Assembly: GCF_006345805.1 (NCBI RefSeq)
Contig: NC_043011.1
Span: 44,962,464 to 45,026,463, forward strand
Reading direction: 5' to 3'
DNA: 64,000 nt
Source: Octopus sinensis
Lineage: Eukaryota
This document shows, one piece after another, positions 1-12,327 of this stretch; position 1 is the stretch's first letter, and each line of letters starts with the position of its first letter. Made by a program: the position numbers and the translations under genes. The notes under the pieces were generated by a model. It made no database searches and was not told where the DNA came from. It saw only the letters and a list, made by a program, of their open reading frames with translations.

Positions 1-444
1 TGTATGTATGTAGTATGTATGTATGTATGTATGTATGTATGTGTGTGTTTATGTATGTATATATGTATGAGATATATATATATATGTATGTATAATACAC
101 ACACACATACATATATGCACGTACATGCCTACACATACATGCATACATACATACATACGTACACACACACACACACACATATATATAATATAGGACAATC
201 AGTTGTCCTAATAATACTCAGAGTTTCAGATGCCGGGGCTAAAAGACATCCTCATCAGTTATTAATGGACATGAGTTAAAATAATAGAATAAGAACAGTA
301 ATAAACGAGTGAAGAAAAAATATAAGGTGCTTGTGGTTATTTGGCAAAAAAAAAAAAAAAATGACCATCCCAAAATACAACAATATCTGTTTCAACACAT
401 GATTTCATATCAGGAATGTTGCAAGATGAATCTCTCTCTCTCTC

Positions 445-486
<42 letters not shown>

Positions 487-488
487 CA

Positions 489-537
<49 letters not shown>

Positions 538-539
538 AC

Positions 540-604
<65 letters not shown>

Positions 605-640
605 ATATATATATATTATATATATATATCTATATATATA
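1..640. repeat. Compound microsatellites (TATG)n, (CA)n, (CT)n, (TA)n
   Basis: Directly visible: 1-185 TATG/CA, 430-535 CT tract, 540-640 TA tract. Confidence 0.95.
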
Positions 641-1135
641 AAACTGTAGTTGTGTGAGTGTCTGTCCCCTTCGATTTAGATTCCTAACTCCTCCCACATT
701 TTGCAGTGCAGTTTAACCAAATTCGGGTATCTTATAGTCGTGATTCATATCGAGCCCGTCTGGCTATTAGCGCGCGTCAACGATGAGTCTACGATTTTAA
801 AAATAATTTAACATCATTTTTTATTCCATTTTAATGCATAAAATGCATCGTATGTCGATGGCGGCGGAGTTGGCGTCCACGCTCACAGCTGCACCTGTTT
901 GCTTCTCCCCCTTCCCTCCCTCGTGAAGCTGTGGGGAAGGGAGTGTAAAGAAATCAACGTCGTAATGCGTTGTGAAGGAGACCAGCGTTCATTTAGAACA
1001 ACGACTTCATGGCTTGAAGACACCAAAACAAAAATGGCTAAGAAAGCCCGAATTTATAAGGGAAGTAACTCTCTAAAAATGCTTATATAGTTATTTCCCT
1101 TACAAACCCGAGCAACGCCGGGCGATACTGCTAGT
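625..1135 (-). mobile_element. Non-autonomous Helitron/Helentron-like element (Lep1/DINE-1 style)
   Basis: Minus strand starts ACTAGCAGTATCGCCCGGCGTTGCTCGGG (subterminal hairpin) and ends CAGTTTTATATATATAGAT. Shares its 5' end with 25764-26133. Class assignment is by resemblance only. Confidence 0.6.
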
Positions 1136-1168
1136 ATATATATATATATACACATATACATATATCTG

Positions 1169-1489
1169 TATGAAAAAACAAGTCAAGATAGAAAATGCTA
1201 AAATAATTTTATAAAGAACATTTCAGTACCGGTTTCAGTCATTTCAGACCTTTTCAACTGTAATGATTAAATAATTAAATTTAGAAAAATTAAAAGAAAA
1301 GTTTTTGGAAAATGCCACTTATATTTGAACACTAGACACATATTCTTTTAAAAAAACTTTTCTTTTAATTTTTCTAAATTTAATTATTTAATCATTACAG
1401 TTGAAAAGGTCTCAAATGACAGAAACCGGTACTGAAATGGTCTTTATAAAATTATTTTAGCATTTTCTATCTTGACTTGTTTTTTCATA
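1169..1489. mobile_element. Palindromic element (about 137-bp arms, about 45-nt spacer) with hammerhead-like motif in the arms
   Basis: 1169-1306 is the near-perfect reverse complement of 1352-1489. Arm motif: cag-TTGAAAA-GGTC-tcaaat-GACA-GAAA-CCGG-TA-ctg. Confidence 0.8.
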
Positions 1490-1679
1490 TATATCAACTC
1501 GTGTGTACTTTTTCATCCTTATACATATGTATATATATAAGTAGGTGAATGAATTATCCTGGGTAGCAAATTCACGTCAGAAAACACGGTTGAATCGACC
1601 TGTTAAGGGTAGAAACTCCGGGTTCTTGTGTGGAAATTTGTGTGTTTTTTATATATGAATAAATGAAAGAATGGAGTCG

Positions 1680-1726
1680 AATGAAGATGTTAGACTCCAT
1701 TCTTTCATTTATTCATATATATATAT

Positions 1727-1784
<58 letters not shown>

Positions 1785-2192
1785 CGAGGAATTTGTTTCA
1801 ATGAAATATTTGCCCCAATATATATGTATGTATGTGTTTATGTATGTATATATGTATGAGATATATATATGCGTGTATGTATGTATAATACACACACACA
1901 CATATACATATATGTTTTATCTTATATTATACTTTTTAACTTATATTAAACTTTTTAATACTTTTTGATAGTTATATATATTTAATAAAAAATAAATAAA
2001 TAAAAAAAAAATAATATATATATATAAATTTTTAAATATAAATTAATAATTTTAAATTTTTAACTTTAAATTTAAATGATTTAAATTTTGAATTTTATAT
2101 ATTTTGTATATTATATTAATTAATTTTATTTCTATGTTTTAGTTTATGTTTTTCACTGTTTGATTTGCCTAATAGTGGTTTTATCTCTAATT

Positions 2193-2240
<48 letters not shown>
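1680..2240. repeat. (TA)n microsatellites and extremely AT-rich tract
   Basis: TA runs at 1715-1782 and 2192-2245; 1960-2130 is almost purely A/T. Confidence 0.9.
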
Positions 2241-2245
<5 letters not shown>

Positions 2246-2527
2246 TATCAAAGCATTTTATCTGATGCTCCAACAATTCAGCCATTTGTATTTTGCCACA
2301 AAAACACAGAAAGAAAAACTTTACAAAAACAATTTAACCCTTTTCATAGTAAAGCACCGAAACCTACCCTTGTGATACAAAATCCTTGCTTTAAAAAGAT
2401 CTAAATTAAAACCTTCCACCAAAGTTTCATGTTAGTTTATGTTCTAAACACTAACTGAATAATGACAAAGTTATTTCACTAAATTATTCATTATCGTCAA
2501 AATTAATTGAAACACTGGTGGTGAATA

Positions 2528-2783
2528 CAGTTCTATATTTAAGAGATGAGGAATTGCGTACATTATTTACATTTGATGGGCAAATGGCATAGTGGTTAAG
2601 AACAGGGGCTAGTAACCCTAAGATTCTGAATTTGATTCCAAGCAGCAAAAAATACCTTAAGAATGAGAACCCAGGTTTGAAATTTCCCCAATACACCTGA
2701 TGAAGGCTGGAAGGTATATCAGCCGAAACATGTTAACAACAAACAAGATGAGGAAAAATATCCGTCAAATGTAAATAATGTAC
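2528..2783. mobile_element. Internally deleted copy of the inverted tRNA-head/hammerhead-tail element
   Basis: Left terminus CAGTTCTATATTTAAGAGATGAGG, then a + strand tRNA-like head and CTGATGAAGGCTGG...CAGCCGAAAC. Same family as 42577 and 44942. Confidence 0.75.
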
Positions 2784-2862
2784 TAGCAGTGAATGTCAAC
2801 AGAAATCTGGTATCAAAGTAGTTTACATAATGTAAAAATCACCAAAACAGAAATGTGATGAC

Positions 2863-2895
<33 letters not shown>

Positions 2896-2904
2896 ATATA
2901 CATG

Positions 2905-2939
<35 letters not shown>

Positions 2940-2954
2940 TATATATATACATGC

Positions 2955-2994
<40 letters not shown>

Positions 2995-2995
<1 letters not shown>

Positions 2996-3545
2996 TCACG
3001 GAGTGGTTGGCGTTAGGAAGGGCATCCAGCCGTAGAAACACTGCCAAATCTGACTGGGCCTGATGAAGCCTTCTGGCTTCACAGACCCCAGTTAAACCGT
3101 CCAACCCATGCTAGCATGGAAAACGGACGCTAAATGATGATGATGATGATGATATATATATATATATATTTATGTATGTATATATATGTGCAAAGGCATG
3201 GCTGTTCTGTAAGAAACTAGCATTCCAACTACATTGTCTTGGATTCATTCCCACTCTGCAGTACCTTGGACAAGGTTCGAAGTCAACCAAAGCTATGTGT
3301 GTGGATTAGTAGATGGGAACTGAAAGAAACCTGACATATCATCATCATCTTCATTTAACGTCCGTTTTCCATGCTGGCATGGGTTAGACAGTTGGACAAG
3401 AACTGGCAAGCCAGAGGGGCTGTGCCAGACTCCAGTTGTCTGTTTTTATATGGTTTCTAAGGTTGGATGTCCTTCCTTATCCCAACCACCCTACAGAATG
3501 TACTGGGTGCTTTCACGTGACACTTGCACAGGTGTTTTTGCACGG
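2995..3545. mobile_element. Two RTE-tail-like repeats in opposite orientation
   Basis: GGAGTGGTTGGCGTTAGGAAGGGCATCCAGC...CCATGCTAGCATGGAAAACGGACG-(ATG)n at 2995-3150 (+); inverse copy at about 3345-3545. More copies near 5985, 11215, 14295, 14830, 29965, 47880 and 63400. Confidence 0.7.
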
Positions 3546-4087
3546 CACTGGCACAGGTGCACTAGCACCTGCGAGATCTCAAGACAAGGATCTCTGAGAT
3601 GAGAGAGTGTGTGTGTATGTGTGTGTGTATGTGTGTGTGCGTGTATGTGTGTGTGTATGTGTGTGTGTGTGTATACAAACACATGCACACAAAGGGAAAG
3701 ACATGGGTGTGTGGTAAGAGGTTTGTTACCCAACCACATGGCATCGGTTTGATTCCTACTGTGTGGAACCTTGGGCAAGTATCTGCTACAATAGCCCTGG
3801 GCTGACCAAAGCCTTGTACACGAATTTATTAAAAGAAAACTGTTGTACACACACACACATTATATATCAGATTGAATCTAATCGACCATTAGGAGAATCT
3901 GTTTCATGAACTGGTCCTCTGAAGACTTTCCAAAGAAAATGGAGATGAAATTTTGTGTTATTAGGTGGAACAATAACTCCATTTTAAGAATATTAGAATA
4001 TTCATTCTAGCTTGATATTTACTCTATTTTTGGGATATTATATCACTGTGTATATAGGCATACCTACAAAGACATTAACAATGTGTA

Positions 4088-4151
<64 letters not shown>

Positions 4152-4152
4152 A

Positions 4153-4199
<47 letters not shown>

Positions 4200-4267
4200 C
4201 ATCTATCTGTTTGTCCGTCTGTCTGTCTATCAATCAATCTATCTATCTCTATATATACACATACATA

Positions 4268-4465
4268 CATGCATATATACTTTATTTAAGCAGCAGAAAA
4301 TTCAACAAAACCTGTTACTCTGAGTTTCCCGTTGCCGTTCATCAGGAAACTCAGAGTAACAGGTTTTGTTGAATTTTCTGCTGCTTTAAATAAAGCATAT
4401 TACTCTACCACTGGTATTTGAGTACTCTTTTTCCACCTTGTTTCACATTTATGTGTTTACTCCGG
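4268..4465. mobile_element. Palindromic hammerhead-bearing element, centre deleted
   Basis: Arms GCAGCAGAAAATTCAACAAAACCTGTTACTCTGAGTTT and its reverse complement, followed by the same 3' extension as 6318-6570. Confidence 0.8.
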
Positions 4466-5139
4466 TACATGCATATATATATATATTCTTTTATTCTTTC
4501 AGTCATTCGACTACGGCCATGCTGGAACACCGCTTTTAGTTGAACAAATTGACCCCAGGACTTATTCTTTGTAAGCCTAGTACTTATTCTATCAGTCTCT
4601 TTTGCCAAAATGCTAAGTTATGACATAAGTACACCAACATCGGTCGTCAAGCAATGATGGGGTAACAAACACAAGCACATAAACATACACACACACACAC
4701 ATATATATATATAACTCCCTTATGATCGGGTGTATCTATGGATATTTACACTATGAAGGCTATAATTATACCTGAATTTACATAGGATTGTACCTAAAGA
4801 CTTATGGATTAGCATCTACACAATTGGAAAGTTGAACTGTTAACTTTTATGTTTCGTATTTCTTCTTTTCTTTCTTTCTTTCTTTCCTTTTTTCTTCATT
4901 TCTTTGCCAATCAAAATGCATACTGGCATTTCGTCCATCTTTACATTCTGAGCTCAAATTCCACCGAGGTCGACTTTGCCTTTCATCTTTTTAGGGTCAA
5001 TAAATTAAGTACCAGTGAAATGTAGGGGGTCGATGTAATCGACTATTCCCCTCCCCACAAATTCCAGCCCTTTAAAAGTATGAATGATTGAAAACGGCGA
5101 GCTGACAGAATCGTTAGCACGCTGGACGAAATGCTTTTA

Positions 5140-5522
5140 TAGGCATAGAAGTGGCTGTGTGGTAAGTAGCTTGCTTACCAACCACATACTTCCAGGTTCA
5201 GTCCCACTGCGTGGCACCTTGGGCAAGTGTCTTCTACTATAGCCTTGGCCCGACCAAAGCCTTGTGAATGGATTTGGTAGATGGAAACTGAAAGAAGCCC
5301 GTCGTATATATATGTGTGTTTGTGTCTGTGTTTGTCCTCCTAACATCACTTGACAACCGATGCTGGTGTGTTTATGTCCCCATAACTTAGCGGTTCGGTA
5401 AAAGAGGCTGATAGAATAAGTACTAGGCTTCCAAAGAATAATTCTTGGGGTTGATTTGCTTGACTAAAAAGGTGGTGCTCCAGCATGGCGACAGTCAAAT
5501 GACTGAAACAAGTAAAAGAGTT
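5140..5522 (+). mobile_element. tRNA-derived bipartite SINE (family A), full length
   Basis: Head GTGGCTGTGTGGTAAGTAGCTTGC...GGTTCAGTCCC (A/B-box-like), CORE-like CTTGGGCAAGTGTCTT, microsatellite linker, tail GACTGAAACAAGTAAAAGAG. More than 20 copies in the window. Confidence 0.85.
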
Positions 5523-5779
5523 CTTTATTTCATCGTTTCCTTAATCTACACCCTTCACATTTTCCCTGTTTGTCTCCAATGACACCTTATCCCATATTTT
5601 GGGATATCCCAGAAACAGCTGTGAGACGTAAAATTTTTCTAATCACAATAACATATATGACTTGAGACGCCTTCCTTGCCATAGCATTTGTTGTCCTCTT
5701 TAGCAAATATATATATATATATACATACATCATCATCATCATCATCATCGTTTAACGTCCGTTTTCAGTGCTTTTACTC

Positions 5780-6300
5780 TCTTTTACTTGTTTCAGTCAT
5801 TTTGACTGCGGCCATGCTGGAGCACTGCCTTTAGTCAAGCAAATCGACCCCGGGATTTATTCTTTGTAAGCGTAGTACTTATTCTATCGGTCTCTTTTGT
5901 CAAACACACTAGCATCGGTTGTCAAGCACTGTTGGGGACACACACACAAACATATACACACACATGCATATATCATCATCATCATCGTCGTCGTTTAACG
6001 TCCGCTTTCCTTGCTAGCATGGGTTGGACGATTTTGACTGTGGGCTGGCAAACCAGATGGCTGCACCAGGCTCCAGTCTTGATCTGGCAGAGTTTCTACA
6101 GCTAGATGCCCTTCCTAATGCCAACCACTCCATATATGCGACAAGCTTCTTTTAGTTTCCGTCTACCAAATCCACTCACAAGGCTTTGGTTGGCTCGAGG
6201 CTAAAGTAGAAGACACTTGCCCAAGGTTCCATGCAGTGGGACTGAACCTGGAACCATGTGGTTGGTAAGCAAGCTACTTACCACACAGCCACTCCGGCAC
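5780..6300 (-). mobile_element. SINE family A, interrupted by an RTE-tail repeat (5985-6130)
   Basis: Reverse complement of family A, split at its microsatellite linker. Confidence 0.8.
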
Positions 6301-6317
6301 CTATATATATATATATA

Positions 6318-6568
6318 TACTTTATTTTAAGCAGCAGAAAATTCAACAAAATCTGTTACTCTGAGTTTCTCGTTACCGTTCATCAGACAGTTTTTGCTAG
6401 AAAAACTGTCTGTTTTTCTAGCAAAAACTGTCTGATGAACGGCAACGAGAAACTCAGAGTAACAGATTTTGTTGAATTTTCTGCTGCTTAAAATAAAGCA
6501 TATTACTCTACCACTGGTATTTGAGAACTCTTTTTTCCACCTTGTTTCACATTTATGTGCTTACTCCA

Positions 6569-6570
<2 letters not shown>
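6318..6570. mobile_element. Near-perfect palindrome (6318-6500) with a type-I hammerhead-like motif on each strand
   Basis: Arms of about 89 bp around a 5-nt loop. + strand 6423-6470: aaaaactgt-CTGATGA-acggcaacga-GAAA-ctcagag-TA-acagatttt. Confidence 0.85.
6423..6470 (+). ncRNA. Candidate minimal type-I hammerhead ribozyme (mirrored on - strand at about 6348-6395)
   Basis: Intact CUGAUGA and GAAA cores, GUA cleavage triplet, stem I CUGU/ACAG plus AAAA/UUUU, short stem II capped by a GNRA loop (GCAA on +, GUAA on -), stem III CU-CAG-AG. Folded by eye only. Confidence 0.6.
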
Positions 6571-6616
<46 letters not shown>

Positions 6617-8275
6617 AACACGTTATATGCCTTATATGATGTGCAACTAAATACACCTCTGTCCAAATAAAAACATATGATGGTCATGGATGGCAGGCCA
6701 CAGTTTTGCTGCTGGATCAGGGAAGTTTTGGGGGTTAAACAACACTAACAAGAAGAAAACATTCATATAATGCACTCCTAGATACACCTATGCCTGAATA
6801 ATAAGACAAAATAGTCATAGTTGAAATGCTTTGGGTCATGGGATGACCTAAGATTTAAACAAGAACAAAAACGGCGTGCTAGAAATAGCAGTCAAATCTC
6901 CTTAAACTCACAACTTTGCTGTCGTGAAAATTGGAAGGAAACTTTATAAAAATGTATCTGGGGAACGAGTTCATATAGCGCATAGAGAATAACAAGGGGG
7001 AATAGTCACGGCTGGATCGTTTTAGATCATGGGTTTATTGTTTGGTCTGGGTTGATTAGGAATTAAGCAACAACAATGTAAATAATGTAAATAAAAAGAC
7101 TTTCAAATGCTGAAGTCAGTAAGATTGGAGAAGGAAAGAAAGATAGAGAGAGAGATGGAGAGATAGAGAGAGAGAGGGGGGAGATCAAGGGGGGGTAATT
7201 CCAGTAATAACTGGATGCGTATATAACTAGTAAAGAATAGTTGGGTAGCTCTGCTTGTGTGGTTTTTTTTTTATTGGGGTGAGATCACCTGGTTGATTAT
7301 ATCTTCTATTCTGTCTTCCGTGTGTGTGTGTGTTTGCGTGTATATATAGAAAGGGAAGAGAGATATATACACGTTTGTATCTCCCCTCTGCGTGTTTTCT
7401 CTCTCATACACACACGCATATATTTATATATGTTTGTGTGTGGTGAGCTGCTCAACACGTTACATCATCCGCACCACCAGATTTCCCAAAGTTTAACACT
7501 CCTTTATACATATAGAGAGAGAGACACACACATGTAACACACACCACCTGTAGTCTAGTTTCTACTCCCTCCTCTTTGTTGTTTACTCTATTGGGCATTC
7601 ACGGCGAAAAATCGTTAACTGATATTATTTGTTCCTTCTTCTTGGTGTTGTCATTTTTGGTTTTCTTCTTCTTTCTTCCCTTATTTTTTGGTTCTTTAAT
7701 ATTTTCCTAATTATTAATTAGTATTAACTTCTACTGCTTTCATTGCTGTTTTCATTAACTGCACGACACAAAGTAGTTTAGTTAAACACTTCCAACATAC
7801 ATACATACACGTACACAATATACATATATATACACTGTCGTATCTATACACATGTATATTTATACAAAAAAACACATAGACGCAACACCTACCTATCTCT
7901 ATATTATCCGTGTTCAGCTATAAATACCTATACATATGTGTTTATAACTTATACAAACTTAACAAAAAATATCCCAGTATATTAACCGGAATTTTCAGTA
8001 AGTTTTTCTTCGTTTATTTGAGCTTTTGAACTCTCACGAAGTAAGGTGTGTCTGTGTGCACATACATTTATATATAAAACACGTATATATAAACATATAT
8101 ATTATATATGTTTATATATATGAATGCGTGTGTGACAAAAAACTTTCGATTTCTAAGTTGTTTTTCCTTTCTCTTCCTTCAATACTTCGATTTCATTCCT
8201 TCCTCCTTTTGTTATCCGCCTCCCTCTGTATATATATCTTATCTATATAACAACTATAGGTGAACTATACAATAA

Positions 8276-8923
<648 letters not shown>

Positions 8924-10499
8924 TGAATCCATGTGAATCGACATAGCCTGTTCACATGGACCGATTTTGCAGAAATACTACATGGGATTAATAAATTCAT
9001 TAATGTTAGTTTAGTTTCTGCCTTTGTACTTAGTTCCAAATTCTAGAGAAACCGTATTTTCTTTTCCTTCTTCCTGGATCAGTATGGAAATATGTTCCAG
9101 ACATGTGTGCTAATGTCTACTCCATGGGATATACCCTTCTCTTAACCATCGTATTTCCTACTTTTTGTAGCTTTGTGTCATAACAGTTGTTTAGCTCCAG
9201 CTCTCTCCTGATCGAGCTAAATCTACGGTGAAAGTTGTAACTATTCATCTACAGGATGCAAATTGTCTAATACTACATTATGTAATGTGTCGTTCCCATT
9301 TTTGAACATGCTTGGAAGATGGGAGGCGAGGGAGATTTGGCGGTTATTTCTGACAGGTTGAGCAACCACGTTGAAGTTATCTTATTGGCTGTTGTCCAGT
9401 GTTAGTTACTTGTTGTTAGGCCATTGGTGTTTGAGAAATGGAAGACCGTGCTAAATCACAACATTTAGTGATATCGTTCTACATTCCTGCCAGAAATTCA
9501 AACCGAAGTTGATTTTATTTCTTCTCTATAGAAGAATCCAGACTTCCTCTGCTGTGGCGTTGGCCAAGTAAAACCACACTCCCACTTACATCCTTCTTTA
9601 TAACCATGAGGACTTTGGAAATGTGTGGATTAGCGGAACCATTAGAGTATCGGTGAAAATGCCTTGCAGTATTGGTTCCGACTCTTTGTTCTGCGTTCAA
9701 ATGTCGCCGAGGTCGACTTAACCTTTCATCGTTTCGGGGATCGATAAAATAAAGTACCATAGTTGCGTACTAGGGTTGATATGTGTATATATATATATAT
9801 ATATATGTAATAGACTTTCCATTGTCCCCCTCCCACCCTCATCCTTTCATTTCTGGCCTCGTGCATATGTTAGAAAGTATTCCTTGCCTTTTTTTTTTTT
9901 TTTTTAATGATCTCATCGTTTTGAACTTTGTTTTCCATTAATGTACTATCCCTAACGTTTTGCGTGGCACCCTTTGGACCAGTAACAGAAATTAGGTTGG
10001 TGAATGACAAAAATCGGTAGAGCGCCGAATGAATTCAAATTCTACCCTTTCATCCTTCCTCTTGGTCTATAAAATGAGTCCATTAAATCAACAACAACAA
10101 CAACACCACCACCACCTACCTGCCCCGTTGATGCTGTGATCTTTAGTACATATGGAACTTATTGTTTAGGTTCCAAGTTAGCCTGATCTGTTAGTTACAT
10201 GATGATCACACACATTCCATTTATGATCATTCCACCGTTTTTCCTCTTTTTTTTTTGATGCTAGTGATCTTAGACAGCAATGGTGAATGTCTCCTTTTAT
10301 GTTTTGGAAGACAGTCATGTGGGATTTGAGGAAGTTTTGGCTATTATTTCTACTAAGTTGAGTCCTTCATTAGCTTCTGAGATCATTATTATTATTGAAG
10401 AGTGCTGGTTGATGTTTTAGCCCTAGAACTCAATAACAACCACTTTTCAATAGCAATAATTTAGACCATCCCGCTTTTTTAATTCACAATAGAGTGTGA

Positions 10500-10800
10500 A
10501 TTGAAGATTTGACTGTTCTCTCTAGGACTCGCGGTTGAGGGATTGCGGGTTCAAATCTCAAACCGGATGATGTGTGTGTGTTTATGAGCGAAACACCTAA
10601 GCTCCACGCAGCTCTGGCAGAAGGTAATGGCGAACTTCTGCTGACTCTTTCACCACAACTCTCTCTCACTCTTTCCTCCTGCATCTTGCAGCTCACCTGT
10701 GATGGACCAGCGTCCTGTCCAGGTGGGGAACCTGTACGTCAGGGAAACTGGGAAACCAGCCCTTATGAACCAGGCATGGCTCGAGAAGGAACAAACAAAC
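10500..10800 (+). mobile_element. tRNA-derived SINE (family C/V-like chimera)
   Basis: GGACTCGCGGTTGAGGGATTGCGGGTTCAAATCTC head; GATGGACCAGCGTCCTGTCCAGG central motif. Similar copy at 51265-51570. Confidence 0.7.
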
Positions 10801-11819
10801 CAGCATGGCTACACTCAAATGACTGAATCAAGTAAAAGAATAAAAGACTAGAGTTAATGAGTTATCCTCCCCTTAAAAATTGCTGGCTTTGTGCCAAAAT
10901 CTGAAAACAATTTTCTTAGGTAAGGATTCAATGACCACTGTTTTAAATGTTTTGGGGTCAAATCATAAAGGCCACAACTTGCCAATCTTTATGATATAAT
11001 GGTAATTATCAGTACTGTTGCTTGGTTGAAGACTGGGTCTTTGGTTTTGGGTGTGCCATGTTATTGACAATATTGTTGTTCATTTTCTATGATGATGGTT
11101 TCTATTTGCCACAGGGGCATCAGACGAAAGGGATATTACAAAGGCAGGGACCAGTTACAGTTTGTGTGGACAGAGATTACATAAAATTTGGTTAAAAAAA
11201 GGGGGGGGAAAGAAATGACATGAAAAGTATGCATACCATATCCATTTTCCATACTGGCATCAAGTGGATGGATTGACAAGATCCAGTAAACCAAAGGGCT
11301 GTGTGAAACTCCAGCATCAGCTTTAGTATGGTTTCTACAGCTGGATACCCTTCCTTACACCAACCACTATACTGGGACCTTTTTTTCGCACTACTAGCTC
11401 CAGTGAGGTCACCAAGTAATTTGCAGAAGGAAAGAACAGGAAAAAGCCACCACCTAAGTAGAGCGGGGAGGTGGCTATTTGCTATGTGTTGAAAGGCTAA
11501 CATATAATAGAGGGACAAGCACAGTGTCTTGCCATTGAGAAGGTACGTGGCTACTCTCCATTACATAAGGATGATACAGTCTTCCTGACACAGCAGAAAC
11601 TCCAACTAGTGCCAGTTAAAGAACCTTACACTGGACAGTTGTTCTCCACTCTACAGGTGCATATTCTACTCTTACGATATTCTCCACAATCACCCAACAT
11701 TTAATAAGTTCACTGGAGGGGAACACTTCTCTCTCCATCCTCACTTTCCTTTTCAAGTGGAACTCGAAAAAGTTGATGAGGACTTGATTTGAAGAGGAAA
11801 GTCTCTGAATAACGACAGC

Positions 11820-12293
11820 AATTGTTTTGAATTTTGGCTCGAGGCTAGCAATTTTAGGGAGTGGGGGCTAAGTCAATTACATTGATTCCACTCCAGTACA
11901 TGACTGGTACTTTATTTTATCAGTCCCAAAGAGATGAAAGGCAAAGTTGACTTCATCAGAATTTGAACTCAGAACATAAAGAGCTGGAAGAATTGCTGCT
12001 AAGCATTTTGTTTGACAATCCAATAATTCTGTCAGCTCACTGCCTTGATGAGGATGATGATGATAATCCTTACTTCAGAAAGCTCAAGGCCTGGAATTTG
12101 GTGGGAGGGGACAAGTTTATTACATTGACTCCCCCCCTCCCCAACCAGTGTTTCACTGGTACTTAATTTATTGATTCAGAAAGGATGGTAGGCAAAGTCG
12201 ACTTCGGTAGAATTTGAACTCAGGATGTAGCAACAGGCGAAATATTGCTAAGCATTTCGCCCAGTGTGTTAATAACGATTTTGCCAGCTCACC

Positions 12294-12327
<34 letters not shown>

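Noticed and set aside
9494-9571. AG|AAA TTC AAA CCG AAG (KFKPK) as PI4K2 exon 2
   Set aside because: It is not followed by EEPYG or CCPCC and reaches a stop after about 25 codons.
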